NCBI RefSeq assembly: GCF_963921235.1
Contig: NC_086097.1
Location: 21,268,001-21,332,000 of the forward strand
Length of the DNA: 64,000 nucleotides
Direction: 5' to 3'
Source of the DNA: Mobula hypostoma
Lineage: Eukaryota
Shown here: positions 61,621-64,000 of the stretch, in pieces
Numbering within the stretch: the first letter of the stretch is position 1
Layout of the letters: each line of letters starts with the position of its first letter
The notes under the pieces: model-generated
Database searches by the model: none
Told to the model about the DNA's origin: nothing
What the model saw: the letters and a program-made list of their open reading frames with translations, nothing else
Position numbers and translations under genes: made by a program

Positions 61621-63885
61621 ATGAATCAGAATCAGGTTTATTATCACCGGCATGTCATCTGAAATTTATTAACTTAACAGCAGCAGCAGTTCAATGCAAT
61701 ACATAATCAAGCAGAGAGAAAAAAATACATAAAATAAAATAAAAAATAATAATAATTAAGTGAATCAATTAACGTATACGTATATTGAATAGATTTAAAA
61801 ACATGCAAAAACAGAAATACTGTGTGTTCAAAAAAGAGTGAGGTTGTGTCCAAAGATTTAATGTCCATTTAGGAATCGGATGGCAGAGGGGAAGAAGCTG
61901 TTCCTGAATCACTGAGTGTGTGGCTTTAGGCTTCTGTACCTCCTACCTGACGTGAGAAAAGGGCATGCCCTGGGTGCTGGAGGTCCTTAATAATGAAAGC
62001 TGCCTTTCTGAGATACTGTTCCCTGAAGATGTCCTGGGTACTTTGTAAGCTAGTACCCAAGATGGAGCTGATTAGATTTACAACCTTCTGCAGCTTCTTT
62101 TGGACCTGTGCAGTAGCCCCTCCACACCAGACAGTGATGCAGCCTGTCAGAATGATCTCCACGGTACAAATATAGAGGTTTTTGAGTGTATTTGTTGACA
62201 TACCAAATCTCTTCAAACTCCTAATAAAGTATAGCTGCTGTCTTGCCTTCTTTTTAACTACATCAATATGTTGGGACCAGGTTAGATCCTCAGAGATCTT
62301 GACATCCAGGAACTTGAAGCTGCTCACTCTCTCCACTTCTGATCCATCTATGGGGATTGGTATGTGTTCCTTCATCTTACTGTTCCTGAAGTCCACAATC
62401 AGCTCTTTCATCTTATTGACGTTGAGTGCCAGGTTGTTGCTGTGGCACCATTCCACTAGTTGGCATATCTCACTCCCGTACGCCCTCTGGTCACCACCTG
62501 AATTTCTACCAACAATGGTTGTTTCGTCAGCAAATTTATAGATGGTATTTGAGCTATGCCTAGCCACACAGTCATGTGTATTTATAGAGTAAGGCAGTGG
62601 GCTAAGCACACACCCCTGAGGTGCACCAGTGTTGATCGTCAGTGAGGAGGATATGTTATCACCAATCTGCATAGATTGTGGTCTTCCGGTTAGGAAGTTG
62701 AAGATCCAGTTGCAGAGGGAGGTACAGAGGCCCAGGTTCTGCAGCTTCTCAATCAGGGTTGTGGGAATGATGTTATGAAATGCTGAGCTATAGTCGATGA
62801 ACAGCATCCTGACGTAGGTGTTTGTGTTGTCCAGGTGGTCTAAAGCTGTGTGGAGAGCCATTGAGATTGCGTTTGCCATTGACCTATTGTGGCGATAGGC
62901 AAATTGCAATGGGTCCAGCTCCTTGCTGAGGCAGGAGTTCAGTCTAGTCATGACCAATCTCTCAAAGCATTTCATCACTGTCGATGTGAGTGCTACCGGG
63001 CAATAATCATTAAGGCAGCTCGCATTATTCTTCTTAGGCACTGGTATAATTGTTACCTTTTTGAAGCAAGTGGGAACTTCTGCCCATAGCAGTGAGAGGT
63101 TGAAAATGACCTTGAATACTCCTGCTAGTTGGTGGCACAGGTTTTCAGAGCCTTACCAGGTACTCCATCGGGACCTTCCGCCTTGTGAGAGTTCACTCTC
63201 TTTAAAGACAGTATAACATTAGCCTCTGAGACAGAGATCACAGGGTCATCAGGTGCAGCAAGGATCTTCACAGCTGTAATTGTGTTCTCCCTTTCAAAGC
63301 ATACATAGAGGCATTGAGTTCATCTGGTAGTGAAGTATTGCTACCATTCATACTATTGGGTTTCACTTTGTAGGAAGTAATGTCTTGCAGACCCTGCCAG
63401 AGTTGCCGTGCATCCAATATCGCCTCCAATCTCATTTGAAATTGTCTCTTCGCCTTTGAAATAGCCCTCCGCAAATCATACCTGGTTTTCTGGTATAGGC
63501 CTGGATCATCAGACTTGAATTCCACAGATCTAGCCTTCAGCAGACAACGTACCTCTTGGTTCACTCACGGCTTTTGGTTTGGGAACGTACAGTAAGTCTT
63601 TGTGGGCATGCACTCATCCACACAGGTTTTAATGAAGTTGGTAACAACTGCAGCATACTCATCCAGGTTCGAAGATGAATCCCTGAATACAGTCCAGTCC
63701 AGCAATTCAAAGCAGTCCTGTAGTCACTCCTGTGCTTCCCTTGTCCATACCTTCTTGGTCTTCACTACTGGTGCTGCAGTCTTCAGTCTCTGCCTATACT
63801 CAGGGAGTAGAAGTACAGCTAAGTGATCAGACTACCCGAACTGAGGGCGTGGAATAGCACAGTAGGCATTCTTGATGGTGGTTTA
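61621..63885 (-). mobile_element. Rex1/Babar LINE, 5'-truncated, with a long RT ORF (61926-63041), inserted in a CR1 3' UTR
   Basis: [32 protein letters not shown] and YKFADE (catalytic DD mutated) motifs; (TTCTGA)n tail. Confidence 0.93.
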
Positions 63886-64000
63886 TAAATAGAATGTAGT
63901 TTATAAATAGAACGGTGACGCTGATTCAATGGACCGAATGGCCTAATTCTGCTCCTATGTCTTACGGTTGCATGTTCATTGATTTCAACACCAACTTGCT

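Noticed and set aside
61926..63041. Active or domesticated reverse transcriptase (371 aa)
   Set aside because: The catalytic ADD reads ADE, the flanking frames are disrupted and the element is 5'-truncated.
37993..64000. Next ADCK1 exon (VHLRSA..GTFIKVGQHLG)
   Set aside because: Not found by eye or in the ORF track; it probably lies beyond the window, though a miss cannot be excluded without tblastn.
1..64000. CRISPR arrays or prokaryotic-type systems
   Set aside because: No regularly spaced repeat-spacer arrays or operon-like gene density; the sequence is intron-rich vertebrate DNA.

Overview
This is vertebrate genomic DNA, most likely from a cartilaginous fish (ray or shark). That assignment is inferred from the HE1/V-SINE-like, CR1, Rex1/Babar and Penelope repeat content. 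The window holds a short CpG-rich bidirectional promoter (~1300-1900). The first coding exon of SNW1 leaves it on the minus strand, and a probable non-coding first exon of ADCK1 leaves it on the plus strand. Two ADCK1 coding exons lie at 31724-31852 and 37909-37992; I did not find the next exon, so the rest of the window appears intronic. The introns are packed with nested, mostly dead mobile elements: a full-length L1, CR1 and Rex1/Babar LINEs, Penelope-like elements (PLEs), two Tc1s, a hAT, a Harbinger MITE, SINEs and an LTR. Four structures stand out. (1) A complete LTR is followed by 51 nt of reverse-copied mature tRNA-Pro, with no target-site duplication (TSD); it looks like a captured, over-extended plus-strand strong-stop cDNA. 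(2) Several fold-back PLE insertions carry degenerate hammerhead-ribozyme motifs, and one has captured ~210 bp of local DNA in its pre-hAT-insertion state. (3) A composite Tc1-type MITE occurs twice. (4) A SINE occurs with two different tails. All family and gene assignments come from recalled motifs, not database searches.
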